Below, piece by piece: positions 27,489 to 37,497 of a DNA stretch of 64,000 bases. The stretch is from NCBI GenBank assembly GCA_034437255.1, contig DAOTUH010000126.1, positions 19,198 through 83,197 of the forward strand, in the 5' to 3' direction. Source of the DNA: Anaerolineae bacterium (lineage in GTDB: Bacteria; Chloroflexota; Anaerolineae; B4-G1; SLSP01). The notes under the pieces were generated by a model. The model had not been told where the DNA came from. It searched no databases and saw only the letters and a program-made list of their open reading frames with translations. The number at the start of each line of letters is the position of its first letter. Position 1 is the stretch's first letter. The position numbers were made by a program, and so were the translations under genes.

Positions 27489-28763
27489 CTATCCCTGCCC
27501 CAGAGACAGCGTCGGTTCATCGGAGCGAAGTTGCGGTTCCATGACCCGGCCCCGTCGCACAAACCACCGGTAGACCAAGTAGACGGAGAGTCCGTAAGAG
27601 ACGATGGTGGTGATGAAGACCGGGTTGAAGCCGTAGGCCTCCTGGACCGGCCCGCTGATGGAGGGCGTGACGGCGCGGCCAAAGTTCCAGATCATGCTGT
27701 AGAGGCTGGCGGTCATATTGCGCGAGGCCTCGTCGCTCTCCTCCATGACCATGGTCTGGTAGACCGGGCCGGAGAGGTTCATCAGCGCCATCCGCATGAA
27801 GAACGAGATCACGGCCAAGGCGAGGCTAGGCACAAAACCCAGCGCGATCAAGAAGGGGATGGAAAGCCCTTGGGTGATGACCACCGTCTTGGCTTTACCC
27901 CACTTCTCCGCCAACACCGGCGCAATGAGCAGCGCCACGCCCATGCCCAGCGAGCCGAAGCCGAAGAGCGAGCCGATGACGTCGTCGGGCAGAGCATAGC
28001 GATAGCGGAAGAAGATGTTCAGGAAGGGGATGAGCATCCCAGCACCTAGCGAAATGATGAGCGAGGGAAGCAGCAGGCGTGTCATGGGGCGTCGATGGCG
28101 CCACAGCGCCCGGAACGGAGCCACCGGATCCTCGGCGTGGACGGCCTGGCCGACGGGCAGACGGCTGATGGGAACCAGCGCGATGAGATTCAAGAAGGTG
28201 GTCATTCCCAGGGCGCCCGCGTAAGCCGGGCTGGCGGTTGGTGTGGTACCGATCCATCCTGCGATCAGCGCCGGCAGCGAGCCGCCGAAGAACCTCCCGA
28301 CGAAAGACGACATGGTCATCACGCCGGAGTTGAAACTGAAGAGATGGGTGCGCTCGGTCTCGCTGCTGTGTTCCATAAGAAAGGGCGCCGAGGTGACGCT
28401 GAAGAGGCTCATCCCCACGCCACGCAACGCCCCGGTGCCGATAAGCATCCAGCGGGTGGGAACGAGGAGCATCAACGCCTGAGCCAGCACAGTCAGCCCG
28501 CTGCCCAGCACCATGGTGCGCTTGTATCCCACGCGATCGCTGACGTAGCCGGCGAACAGTGCGACGATGAGCGCCGTCAGTGGCGGGATGCTAATCAGCA
28601 TGCCTAAAAAGTCCCGCCGGTATCCCAGGCTGAGGACGTAGAAGTTGAAGAAGAGCTGGTAGATGCCCCATCCGGTGCCCTGCAGCGCCGTGATCAACAG
28701 ATAGAGGCGCGCCTCGGGCGAGAACCTCCGCAGGTTATTCAGATAAGATCGTACGGTTTCCAT
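27489..28763 (-). CDS. MFS transporter
   Basis: 424 aa with 12 predicted TM segments. D-R-x-G-R-K-like motif DRVGYKRTM. Confidence 0.85.
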   Translation of the reverse strand: METVRSYLNNLRRFSPEARLYLLITALQGTGWGIYQLFFNFYVLSLGYRRDFLGMLISIPPLTALIVALFAGYVSDRVGYKRTMVLGSGLTVLAQALMLLVPTRWMLIGTGALRGVGMSLFSVTSAPFLMEHSSETERTHLFSFNSGVMTMSSFVGRFFGGSLPALIAGWIGTTPTASPAYAGALGMTTFLNLIALVPISRLPVGQAVHAEDPVAPFRALWRHRRPMTRLLLPSLIISLGAGMLIPFLNIFFRYRYALPDDVIGSLFGFGSLGMGVALLIAPVLAEKWGKAKTVVITQGLSIPFLIALGFVPSLALAVISFFMRMALMNLSGPVYQTMVMEESDEASRNMTASLYSMIWNFGRAVTPSISGPVQEAYGFNPVFITTIVSYGLSVYLVYRWFVRRGRVMEPQLRSDEPTLSLGQG

Positions 28764-28818
28764 GCATCATTTCTCCAAATAATGGTTTGCCATGCTAAGG
28801 ATAATGGAGGGTTAGTAT

Positions 28819-28846
28819 TTGTCAACCCTCACCCTAAGAGTATAAT
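28819..28846 (+). promoter_or_regulatory. Sigma70-like promoter TTGTCA-16-TATAAT upstream of rnz
   Basis: Read directly. About 90 nt upstream of the RNase Z start. Overlaps a 7-bp inverted repeat GGAGGGTT/AACCCTC. Confidence 0.5.
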
Positions 28847-28938
28847 GGCGCCATGTACATTTGGTGGTGGGACGCAGGTCTGCATTGCTTGCGCACGACG
28901 GGCGTTCTCTGCCACACAACATCTTTGCACACCGGAGA

Positions 28939-29940
28939 TATACCATGATTGAAGCCGTTCTGCTCGGCACCGCCGCCTCGGCCCCCACCATTCAGCGCGG
29001 CCTGCCCGCCCAAATTGTCATTCACCAGGATGAGCGGTTCCTCATCGACTGCGGCGAGGGCACCCAGCGGCAGATCCTGCGCAGTGGCCTCGGTTTCCGC
29101 CGTTTGGAGCGGGTTCTGATCACCCACGGGCACCTGGATCACATACTAGGTCTGGGCGGCCTGGTCTCCACCTTCGCCCGTTGGGAAGCGGTGGATCAGC
29201 TGAATATCTACGGCGGGCGCTGGGCCTTGGATCGGATCGAAGATTTGCTCTTCCGCGTGGTACTGCGCGGCGCGCGTCCGCCGGTGCCGGTTGAACTTAA
29301 CGATATTCAACCGGGTCTGTTGTTTGAAAGCGAGACACTCAACGTTTCAGCCTTTGCCGTCGAGCACCGGGGCCCTGGCTGTCACGGCTATCTTTTTCAG
29401 GAGAAGGCGCGCCGGCCCTTCCTGGTAGAAAAAGCCGAGGCGCTGGGCGTGCCCGCCGGCCCCGAGCGCCGCGAGCTGGTCAACGGACAGTCTGTCACAC
29501 TGGAAGATGGGCGCGTTATTGAGCCGGACGACGTGCTGGGGCCAGATCGACCCGGTGTCTCCGTGGCGATTACGGGCGACGTCGCCAGCATTGCCGAGCT
29601 GGTCGTGTCGCTTCAAGGTGTCGATCTGCTGGTCTGTGAGGCGACCTATCTTGAGGAAGATGCCGAGATGGCCAAGCAGTTCGGTCACCTGACGGCAGCG
29701 CAGGCTGCAACGTTGGCGCGCGAGGCCGGCATGCGGAGCCTGGTGCTCAATCACCTCTCGCAGCGCTATCGCGTGCGCGATATGCTGACGGAAGCGCGGG
29801 CCATCTTCCCCAACACCATCGTCGCCCGCGATTTTGACCGGTTCCGCGTCACCCGAGATCGCATCGATCTGGTGAACGAGGAGCTCCACAATGATGAGAC
29901 GTTCTTCAAGACGTTAGTCGACGAGAGCGCAGACAGATAA
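28939..29940 (+). CDS. rnz: Ribonuclease Z (metallo-beta-lactamase tRNA 3'-processing endonuclease)
   Basis: ITHGHLDHILGL is the HxHxDH motif. Overall RNase Z/ElaC pattern. Start at MIEAVLLGTAAS (28939) preferred over the track's 28861. Confidence 0.85.
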   Translation, partial: YTMIEAVLLGTAASAPTIQRGLPAQIVIHQDERFLIDCGEGTQRQILRSGLGFRRLERVLITHGHLDHILGLGGLVSTFARWEAVDQLNIYGGRWALDRIEDLLFRVVLRGARPPVPVELNDIQPGLLFESETLNVSAFAVEHRGPGCHGYLFQEKARRPFLVEKAEALGVPAGPERRELVNGQSVTLEDGRVIEPDDVLGPDRPGVSVAITGDVASIAELVVSLQGVDLLVCEATYLEEDAEMAKQFGHLTAAQAATLAREAGMRSLVLNHLSQRYRVRDMLTEARAIFPNTIVARDFDRFRVTRDRIDLVNEELHNDETFFKTLVDESADR

Positions 29941-29972
29941 TCCCCCACTTGAGCCAACAAGCAAAGTCTGAT

Positions 29973-30002
29973 TTGACAACACCGCCTTTTCCTCTGTATA
30001 AT
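29973..30002 (+). promoter_or_regulatory. Consensus promoter TTGACA-18-TATAAT
   Basis: Perfect -35 and -10 hexamers. About 370 nt upstream of the BMP gene start, implying a long leader that contains element E copy A. Confidence 0.6.
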
Positions 30003-30183
30003 GGCAGATGTCAGACAAATACATCCCCATTCGGATGCCCTTTATTAAGATGTTTCTTGTTCTGACACGTTTTCCCGGTAAAATCAGTCAAAGTGAAGTG
30101 TAACTATCGAATCCACCCTTGATCAGTGACGTGAAGGAGGTGAGAACTCGGCACCACTCGAATCAAGATAATGATCAAGTTTT

Positions 30184-30332
30184 GTATCTGTTTAGTCTTC
30201 TGGGGTACGACGCACTTTCGCTGACGTTCACGAACCTGGGATTCCTAAACTATGCTCGTAAAATATTGTAGCCCGGTTTGTTTCGGTTCGTAAGTGCGTT
30301 GCACCTGGACGCTCACAAACCTAGACGGTTAC
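30184..30332 (+). repeat. Conserved structured element E, copy A (5' leader of BMP gene)
   Basis: Nested potential helices CTGTTTAG/CTAGACGG and GGTACGACGCAC/GTGCGTTGCACC. Ends 40 nt before the GTG start at 30374. Confidence 0.55.
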
Positions 30333-30373
30333 CAAGTTTTTAGCAACATATCCTAAAGAGGAAGAAAAACACT

Positions 30374-31471
30374 GTGAAACGCAACCTATGGAAAGTTCTC
30401 TCTGTGGCAATGGGTTTGATTATCGTCCTCACGGGATGTGGCCTGGGTGCCCCGCCCGAACCTGAAGAGGCCTTCAAGGTAGCCTTCGTCTACATCGGCC
30501 CTCCCGGCGACCCGGGCTGGACGTACGAGCACGACCGCGGACGCAAGATGCTGGAGGAGGAGTACGGCGACGCGGTCGAGACGACGTATATCGAAAACGT
30601 GCCCGAAGGCCCCGACGCCGCCCATGTGATCCGCAACTACGTGCAGCAGGGCTACGACATGATCTTCACCACGTCTTCTGGATACATGGATCCCACGCTC
30701 GAAGTGGCCCAGGAGTTCCCCAACGTCCTCTTCGAACACTGCTCCGGCTACGAGACCGCCGATAACATGTCCACGTACTTCGGACGCATGTACCAGCCGC
30801 GCTATCTTTCCGGCATCGTCGCCGGCGAGATGACGGAAGCCAACCAGATCGGCTACGTCGCGGCCTTCCCCATCCCCGAGGTGATTCGCGGCATCAACGC
30901 CTTCACCCGTGGCGTGCGCTCCGTTAACCCGGAGGCCGTGGTCAGCGTGGTGTGGACCAACACCTGGTACGATCCCGTCAAGGAGCGTGAGGCGGCTGTC
31001 GCGTTGTTAGACGAGGGCGTCGACCTCGTCACCCAGCACCAGGACACGACCGAACCCCAGAAGGCCGCGCAGGAACGCGGCGCGCTGAGCGTCGGCTACG
31101 ACTCCGACATGCGGTCCTTCGTCGGCGACACGGTGCTGACCAGCCCGGTTTGGAACTGGGGCACCTACTACGTCGATACCGTCGGCGCGGCCATGAACGG
31201 CGAGTGGGAAACCCACCAGTTCTGGGGCGGCATGGAAACCGGCGTCGTGGAGCTGGCTGACTACAGCCCCAAGGTATCCGAGGACGTTCGGAACACGGTG
31301 GCCTCGGAACGCGAGCGGATCGTTGATACCGACTGGGATATCTTCTGCGGCCCGGTCAAGGACCAGGACGGCAACGTCGTGGTCGCCGAGGGCGAATGCA
31401 TGAGCGACGAAGATATGCTCAACATGAACTTCTTCGTCGAGGGCGTCTCCGGCACCATCCCGGAAGGGTAA
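30374..31471 (+). CDS. BMP-family ABC transporter substrate-binding lipoprotein (nucleoside-type)
   Basis: Lipobox LTGCG. KVAFVYIGPPGDPGWTYEHDRG and overall PnrA/Med/TmpC family similarity. Confidence 0.9.
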   Translation: MKRNLWKVLSVAMGLIIVLTGCGLGAPPEPEEAFKVAFVYIGPPGDPGWTYEHDRGRKMLEEEYGDAVETTYIENVPEGPDAAHVIRNYVQQGYDMIFTTSSGYMDPTLEVAQEFPNVLFEHCSGYETADNMSTYFGRMYQPRYLSGIVAGEMTEANQIGYVAAFPIPEVIRGINAFTRGVRSVNPEAVVSVVWTNTWYDPVKEREAAVALLDEGVDLVTQHQDTTEPQKAAQERGALSVGYDSDMRSFVGDTVLTSPVWNWGTYYVDTVGAAMNGEWETHQFWGGMETGVVELADYSPKVSEDVRNTVASERERIVDTDWDIFCGPVKDQDGNVVVAEGECMSDEDMLNMNFFVEGVSGTIPEG

Positions 31472-31795
31472 TCACTGGGGTGTGTTTCGTTTGAGTCGCG
31501 TGCGTATTGCGTGTTGCGTATTCTACGCGAGAAGCTATCTTAGCGATGCCCGGCTCATTCAGAATACACGTAGTTCGTTCGGGTGGAGGGGGGGGACGCA
31601 CGTCTGCTCCCTCCGCCCCTCCAGCCTAGGACAGAAAACGTGAGGGGCAATGCCGGCTCACCAGGGAAGAGTAAAAATCGGACACGGACGAACACAGAAA
31701 AACACGGCAAAAACAAAAAACGAAGCGAAGCCGTAGCGAAGCCGTGGCGAAGCCGTGATCGCAGTCCGTGTTCTGCCGTGTCCTAAAATGGCATG

Positions 31796-31895
31796 ACGGT
31801 AGAGTACGCTTGAGGCGCCCCCAGGAGCGCGGAGCCTGCCTGGAGAGGCACGGGGGCTGGGAGCATCATTGTGCGTCTTTTACCCAAATGTCTAA
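31796..31895 (+). repeat. GC-rich ~95-nt element F, copy 2
   Basis: Matches 26583-26680. Located inside the 505-nt spacer between the SBP and ATPase genes. Confidence 0.5.
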
Positions 31896-31976
31896 AATAG
31901 AACCCTCGTTGTAGTAGTGTTAGCTGCTGCCAGACATTGCCGTTGACGTTTTAGGTTCTATGAAGAGGAGAAATTT

Positions 31977-33506
31977 ATGACCGAAGAACACGCCCCGGTC
32001 CTTGAGATGCACAATGTCACCAAGCGATTTCCCGGGGTTCTCGCCAACGACCACGTCGATTTAGAGCTCTATCCTGGCGAAGTGCTGGCCCTGCTGGGCG
32101 AAAATGGCGCCGGAAAAAGCACCTTGATGAACGTCCTGGTGGGGCTCTACCGCCAAGACGAGGGTGAGGTCTACGTGCGCGGCGAGCGGGTGGAGATCCA
32201 TTCGCCCCGCGACGCCGACGCGCTGGGTATCGGCATGGTCCACCAGAACTTCAAGCTGGTGGAGACAATGACTGTCGCCGAAAACATCGTCCTGGGCATG
32301 CGCGACCTGGCCTTCACGCCAGACATGAACCAAGTTGCAGCGCGTATTAACGAGATCTCCGAACGCTACAATCTCAAAGTCGATCCTAAAGCCAACATCT
32401 GGCAGTTGAGCGTCGGCGAGCAACAGCGCGTGGAGATACTCAAGCTGATCTATCGCGGCGCCAACATCCTGATCCTGGATGAGCCCACGGCTGTGCTCAC
32501 CCCGCAGGAGTCCGAGGAACTGGCGCGCGTGCTCAACGTGATGACCGGTGAGGGAAAGTCCGCCGTTTTTATCACCCACAAGCTGGACGAGGTCATCGCC
32601 TTCTCTGACCGGGTGCAGGTGCTGCAGCAAGGAAAGAGCGTGGCGGTCAAGAAGACATCCGAGACAACGCGGCAAGAGCTGGCGCGCCTGATGGTCGGGC
32701 GCGAGGTGCTCTTCCGGCTGGAGAAGGAGCCGTGCGAGCCAGGTGGCGTGGTGCTAGAACTAGAAAACGTGCACGCCCTCGACGATAAAGGACTTCCGGC
32801 CTTGCGTGGCGTGTCCCTGGAGGTCCGATCGGGCGAAATCCTGGGCATCGCCGGGGTGGCTGGCAACGGACAGCGCCAGCTCTCCGAGGTGATCACGGGG
32901 TTACGCCAGGTGATGAAGGGAACGATTCAGATCAACAGCACACCCATGACGAACACATCGCCCTTGCGCGTGATTAAGGCGGGTGTCAGCCACATCCCCG
33001 CCGACCGCATTGGCATGGGCGCCGTCAGCGACATGGCTGTCTCCGACAACCTGGCGATGAAAGGCTACCGCTCACCGCCGCTGGCCGAGAGCGGCATCCT
33101 GCGTCCCAAGCGGATCCTGGAATTCGCCAGACACCTGATCACCACGTTCAATATCAAGACGCCTACCCCGCACACCCACATCAAGTTCCTCTCTGGCGGT
33201 AACATTCAAAAAGCGATCCTGGCCCGCGAGATCGAGGCGTGCAGCGGGCTTCTGATCGCCGTCTATCCATCGCGGGGTCTGGACGTGGGCGCCACGGAGT
33301 CGGTGCGCAAGTTGTTACTTGAAGAGCGGGACGAGGGCAACGCGGTTCTGCTCATCTCCGAAGACCTTCAGGAGCTGATGACCATCGCCGACCGCATCGC
33401 CGTCCTCTTTGAGGGCCGTATCATGGGTGTGGTGCCGGCTTCGGAGGCCGATATCGAACAGCTGGGCATGATGATGGCCGGTGAGGAAAAAGTGCCCGCC
33501 GGGTAG
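31977..33506 (+). CDS. ABC transporter ATP-binding protein with duplicated ATPase domains
   Basis: Two Walker A motifs (GENGAGKST, GVAGNGQ-type), LSGGxQQ signatures and a duplicated arrangement typical of nucleoside/sugar CUT2 ATPases. Confidence 0.9.
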   Translation: MTEEHAPVLEMHNVTKRFPGVLANDHVDLELYPGEVLALLGENGAGKSTLMNVLVGLYRQDEGEVYVRGERVEIHSPRDADALGIGMVHQNFKLVETMTVAENIVLGMRDLAFTPDMNQVAARINEISERYNLKVDPKANIWQLSVGEQQRVEILKLIYRGANILILDEPTAVLTPQESEELARVLNVMTGEGKSAVFITHKLDEVIAFSDRVQVLQQGKSVAVKKTSETTRQELARLMVGREVLFRLEKEPCEPGGVVLELENVHALDDKGLPALRGVSLEVRSGEILGIAGVAGNGQRQLSEVITGLRQVMKGTIQINSTPMTNTSPLRVIKAGVSHIPADRIGMGAVSDMAVSDNLAMKGYRSPPLAESGILRPKRILEFARHLITTFNIKTPTPHTHIKFLSGGNIQKAILAREIEACSGLLIAVYPSRGLDVGATESVRKLLLEERDEGNAVLLISEDLQELMTIADRIAVLFEGRIMGVVPASEADIEQLGMMMAGEEKVPAG

Positions 33507-33598
33507 CCAGCAATCTCACATCGGGTAGCGGATAGGATCAACAAACCCTCCTATTGTGAGTTCCGACCACCGCTGCCAGATCACGTAAGGAGTCATAG

Positions 33599-34711
33599 AT
33601 GCAAATTGTCTTTGAAAAACGAGGATCCGTTTCACGTCGCGCCATTGTCCTGGTTCCCATAATCTCATTCTTAGTCTCGCTCTTGCTGGGCGCGATCCTG
33701 CTCATCGCCTCCGGCGTCAATCCGCTGATCACCTACGCGGCCATGACCCGAGGCGCTTTCGGCTCGTGGCGCAGCATCTCCGAGATGCTGGTGAAAGCCA
33801 TTCCGCTGATGCTGACCGGTTTGGGCGTCTCCATCGCCTTCCAGATGCGATTCTGGAACATCGGAGCCGAGGGACAGTTGGCCCTGGGCGGCGTTGCAGC
33901 CGCCTGGGTGGCGCTCTTTCTCGCCGATTTCATCCCCAATCCCCTGTTGCTCCCGACGGTACTGCTCTTCGGCGTACTGGCCGGCGCGCTGTGGGCCGGC
34001 ATCCCCGCGACACTGAAGGCAACGCTGGGCGTGGACGAGACGCTGACCACGCTGATGCTCAACTACGTCGCCATTCTGTTCTCTGAGCATCTCTACTACG
34101 GCCCCTGGCGCGATCCCGGCGGCTACGGATTCCCGGGGACGGCGCCCTTCCCCGAAGCCGCGTGGCTCCCGCGTTTGGGCAACACCCGCGCGCACCTGGG
34201 ACTGATCTTCGCCCTTATCGCGGCGGCGGCGCTCTGGTTCATCTTCAGACGCACCCGCTGGGGATTCGAGCTGCGCATCATCGGCGAAAATCAACGCGCG
34301 GCCCGCTACCTGGGCATTAACATCGGGCGGAACATCGTGCTGGCCCTTCTCATCTCTGGCGCGCTGAGCGGCCTGGCCGGCGCCTGCGAGGTAACCGGCA
34401 TCTCGCGCCGTTTGCAGCAGGGGCTCTCTTTGGGCTACGGTTACACGGCCATCATTGTGGCCTGGATGGCACACCTCAATCCCATCGGCGTCATTTTCGT
34501 CGCCCTTCTGATGGGGGCGCTGCTGGTCGGCGGCGATCAGGTGCAGATGATGATGCGATTGCCGGCTGCCGTGGGCGTCGTGCTTCAGGGCATGATCCTC
34601 TTCCCCATGTTAGCAGGGAGCCTGTTCACCGAATTCAAGCTGCGTATCATCCGTCCTGCGCAAGACAAAACGAGCATCCCGACAACCACAACCACGGAGG
34701 TACCATCGTGA
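33599..34711 (+). CDS. ABC transporter permease
   Basis: 370 aa polytopic membrane protein. BPD/branched-chain-type permease pattern. Confidence 0.9.
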   Translation: MQIVFEKRGSVSRRAIVLVPIISFLVSLLLGAILLIASGVNPLITYAAMTRGAFGSWRSISEMLVKAIPLMLTGLGVSIAFQMRFWNIGAEGQLALGGVAAAWVALFLADFIPNPLLLPTVLLFGVLAGALWAGIPATLKATLGVDETLTTLMLNYVAILFSEHLYYGPWRDPGGYGFPGTAPFPEAAWLPRLGNTRAHLGLIFALIAAAALWFIFRRTRWGFELRIIGENQRAARYLGINIGRNIVLALLISGALSGLAGACEVTGISRRLQQGLSLGYGYTAIIVAWMAHLNPIGVIFVALLMGALLVGGDQVQMMMRLPAAVGVVLQGMILFPMLAGSLFTEFKLRIIRPAQDKTSIPTTTTTEVPS

Positions 34712-35667
34712 GCGCTATGCCACTGTTGACTTCGATCTTGGCCATCACGCTACGCGCCGGCGCGTCGCTCATCTACGCGACGGTCGGCGAGATCTACACC
34801 GAACGCTCCGGCATCCTCAACCTGGGACTTGAGGGCATCATGCTCATGGGCGCGGTGACCGCTTTTGCCACCGCTTATTACACGAAAAGCACCTGGGCAG
34901 GCATCGCCGTCGCGATGCTGGTGGGCGCTGCATTAGCTGCCGTTCACGCATTTCTATCCGTCACCATGCGCGCTAACCAGGTGGTGAGTGGCCTGAGCAT
35001 CACGCTCTTTGGACGTGGCATGGCCAGCTTCCTGGGACAGCGTCTGGGACCGGCAAGTAACGGTTACTATCTCGTCGGTCTGGTAGGCCCCCGCTTCACC
35101 GCCAAGGCCATCCCGTTCTTGAGCGACGTTCCCATCCTGGGCGCAGCCTTCAAACAAGACGTTCTCACCTATCTACTCTACGTTCTGGTGCCGGTGGCGT
35201 GGTACTACCTCTACAAGACCCGCAACGGTCTGAACCTGCGCGCCGTGGGCGAGAATCCGCAGACGGCCGACGCCATGGGCATCAACGTGATCCGGGTACG
35301 CTATATCTACACCATCCTCGGCGGCATGCTGGTAGGCCTGGGCGGCGCCCATCTTTCTCTGGCCTACACGCCGGGCTGGGCGGAGAATATCACCGGCGGG
35401 CGCGGCTGGATTGTCATCGCGCTGGTCATCTTCGCCATGTGGAATCCGGGACGCGCGGCGCTGGGCGCCATCCTCTTCGGCGGCATCAATGCCGTGCAGT
35501 TCCGCCTGCAAGCAGCGGGCACGACGATTCCCTCGGCCTTTCTGAACATGATGCCCTATTTCGCCACCATCCTGGTGCTCATCGCCATGACGTGGTGGGA
35601 AAACCTGAGTAAGCGGATCGGGGCGCCAGCAGCGCTGGGTGAATCCTATATGCGCGAGGAGAAGTAA
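34708..35667 (+). CDS. ABC transporter permease
   Basis: 319 aa polytopic. Overlaps the upstream permease by 4 nt. Confidence 0.9.
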   Translation: MSAMPLLTSILAITLRAGASLIYATVGEIYTERSGILNLGLEGIMLMGAVTAFATAYYTKSTWAGIAVAMLVGAALAAVHAFLSVTMRANQVVSGLSITLFGRGMASFLGQRLGPASNGYYLVGLVGPRFTAKAIPFLSDVPILGAAFKQDVLTYLLYVLVPVAWYYLYKTRNGLNLRAVGENPQTADAMGINVIRVRYIYTILGGMLVGLGGAHLSLAYTPGWAENITGGRGWIVIALVIFAMWNPGRAALGAILFGGINAVQFRLQAAGTTIPSAFLNMMPYFATILVLIAMTWWENLSKRIGAPAALGESYMREEK

Positions 35668-35669
35668 GT

Positions 35670-36086
35670 ATGACAGATGACTATCGAGCTGCTTTTTACC
35701 GACATTGGGATAGCTCTGCCTTATTAGCACAAGAAGCCCAGGGAGAGTCCGGTTCTACCGCCCTACGATACTGGCAGGAAGCCGCTTACTTGGCAGGGTA
35801 TATCGTTGAATGTGGCACGAAGATGATGATAGAGGAAGCTGATGGCAATCCTTGGGGACACGATCTCGGAGAGCTAAAAAACCAGGCTCTGGCGGTCGCC
35901 AGCACCTTGCGTTTACCCGCCCAACTTTCCAGTCTGTTGAGCAGAATAGACACAGGAGATCTCCAAAATTGGCACCCGAGCCTGCGTTATGCTGCAGAGG
36001 AGCCAGGGGAACTTGGCTCTTATCAAGGTATCGTGAGTGAATCTCATGACCTTGCAAATGAGTTGTATGTCTGGATAACAAGGTAA
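35670..36086 (+). CDS. HEPN-like small protein (candidate)
   Basis: 138 aa. ALRYWQEAAYLAGYIVECGTKMMI resembles the HEPN helix pattern. Lower-GC DNA. Start is 3 nt after the permease stop. Confidence 0.4.
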   Translation: MTDDYRAAFYRHWDSSALLAQEAQGESGSTALRYWQEAAYLAGYIVECGTKMMIEEADGNPWGHDLGELKNQALAVASTLRLPAQLSSLLSRIDTGDLQNWHPSLRYAAEEPGELGSYQGIVSESHDLANELYVWITR

Positions 36087-36101
36087 GAGGATAGGGGGAA
36101 C

Positions 36102-37472
36102 ATGATGCAGAGCATCAGGTTCGATGATGTGTTAGCAAAGATAGTTGACATTATTTGCAATTTTCAGCATGCCAACCTCTTGCAGAGCGTCACGCTTATC
36201 CGCGATCCTTTGGGACGGGTTCAATTGGCCTTGGCGTGGAAAGCCGAAGGGGAAGGCCGTCAAAGGATACCAGAGTGGGTTGCAGAATTGGAACACAAGT
36301 GTCGAGAGGGCCTGGGTATCTATTGGCGATCCGTCATCTGGACGTTGACGGGGATGGAAGAACAGCTGTCAGAGCCAGGTGCCCAACAACTCATGCGTCA
36401 GGCCCGCGGCGATTCGGGACAACAGGCTTGGTCGGCGTTGTGGGAGGAGATATGTGCGCAACGGGTGCCTTGGTCCCACCCCCTCACCAAAACGTCGGCG
36501 TTTGCCTGGTACAAGATCGAGAAGGTTTTTTCCAATGCCAGTTGGTTGACTCCCCCGGCTAAACCGCTGTGGCCTTTAGACGCCCAAAATCCGGCCGTGG
36601 TGGCATTTCATTCTTTTAAAGGCGGTGTTGGTCGGACATTGTCCGTCGCCGCCGTAGCCCTTATCTTGGCACAGAACGGGCAAAACGTTGCTATACTCGA
36701 TCTGGATCTGGAAGCACCAGGGTTGGGAGAACTGTTCTTTGATGTAGAAAATTTTGACTTGGGCGTGGTGGATTATTTGCTGGCGTATCAACTCACAGGG
36801 CAACGGCCCAGCACACTCAGCCGGCACGTTGCCAACATCACAGATTCCACGTTAATTGGAGATATATACCAACAACCCATTCGGCTTTTGCCAGCTGGCC
36901 CCATTGATACGAATTTCCCGGAGAAGATAAGTCGCCTGGATTGGGGTGCGAGCATGCGGACGCAAATCTCTGGAGACGCGCTGAAAGCATTGCTCCGACA
37001 TGTACGCGATCAATATAGCCCGGATTTTGTCCTCCTTGATTCTCGCTCCGGTTTGCACGATCTTGGGGGTCTGTCTCTGCTGCACCTCAGTCACCTGGCG
37101 ATTTTGTTGGGGCGTGATACGTCCGCAAGCTGGCATGGATTACAGGTCATCCTAGAACTCTTCCGAGATGCCCCGCACGCGCCCCTATTTTTCCTAGTTG
37201 AGGCATTGGTCAGGCCGGAAGAGCTGAACGGCGAGCTTTGGGATCTAGACTATCAAAGCCGCGCTCAGCAGATCATGATGGAGATCAGTTACCCTAAAGA
37301 TCTACCCGATCTGGGTTTCTCTCTTTATGGCGTACCGATTGTGTACGATAAGACGCTCCACGCGGTGACGCGGATCAACGAATCTGTGGCAGAGCGCCTA
37401 ACTGGGGCAGAAAGCGACTATGTTCGTCTGACACAGGAGATCTGTTTGCAGGTGGAACGAACGTGTTTCTAG
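36102..37472 (+). CDS. ParA/MinD-family deviant Walker A (KGGVGRT) ATPase with ~200-aa N-terminal domain of unknown function
   Basis: VVAFHSFKGGVGRTLSVAAVALILAQNGQNVAILDLDLEAPGL. Walker B-like FVLLDSRSG. Lower-GC DNA. Confidence 0.7.
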   Translation: MMQSIRFDDVLAKIVDIICNFQHANLLQSVTLIRDPLGRVQLALAWKAEGEGRQRIPEWVAELEHKCREGLGIYWRSVIWTLTGMEEQLSEPGAQQLMRQARGDSGQQAWSALWEEICAQRVPWSHPLTKTSAFAWYKIEKVFSNASWLTPPAKPLWPLDAQNPAVVAFHSFKGGVGRTLSVAAVALILAQNGQNVAILDLDLEAPGLGELFFDVENFDLGVVDYLLAYQLTGQRPSTLSRHVANITDSTLIGDIYQQPIRLLPAGPIDTNFPEKISRLDWGASMRTQISGDALKALLRHVRDQYSPDFVLLDSRSGLHDLGGLSLLHLSHLAILLGRDTSASWHGLQVILELFRDAPHAPLFFLVEALVRPEELNGELWDLDYQSRAQQIMMEISYPKDLPDLGFSLYGVPIVYDKTLHAVTRINESVAERLTGAESDYVRLTQEICLQVERTCF

Positions 37473-37497
37473 TCGATCACGTTGAGGGCAGGAAAAC

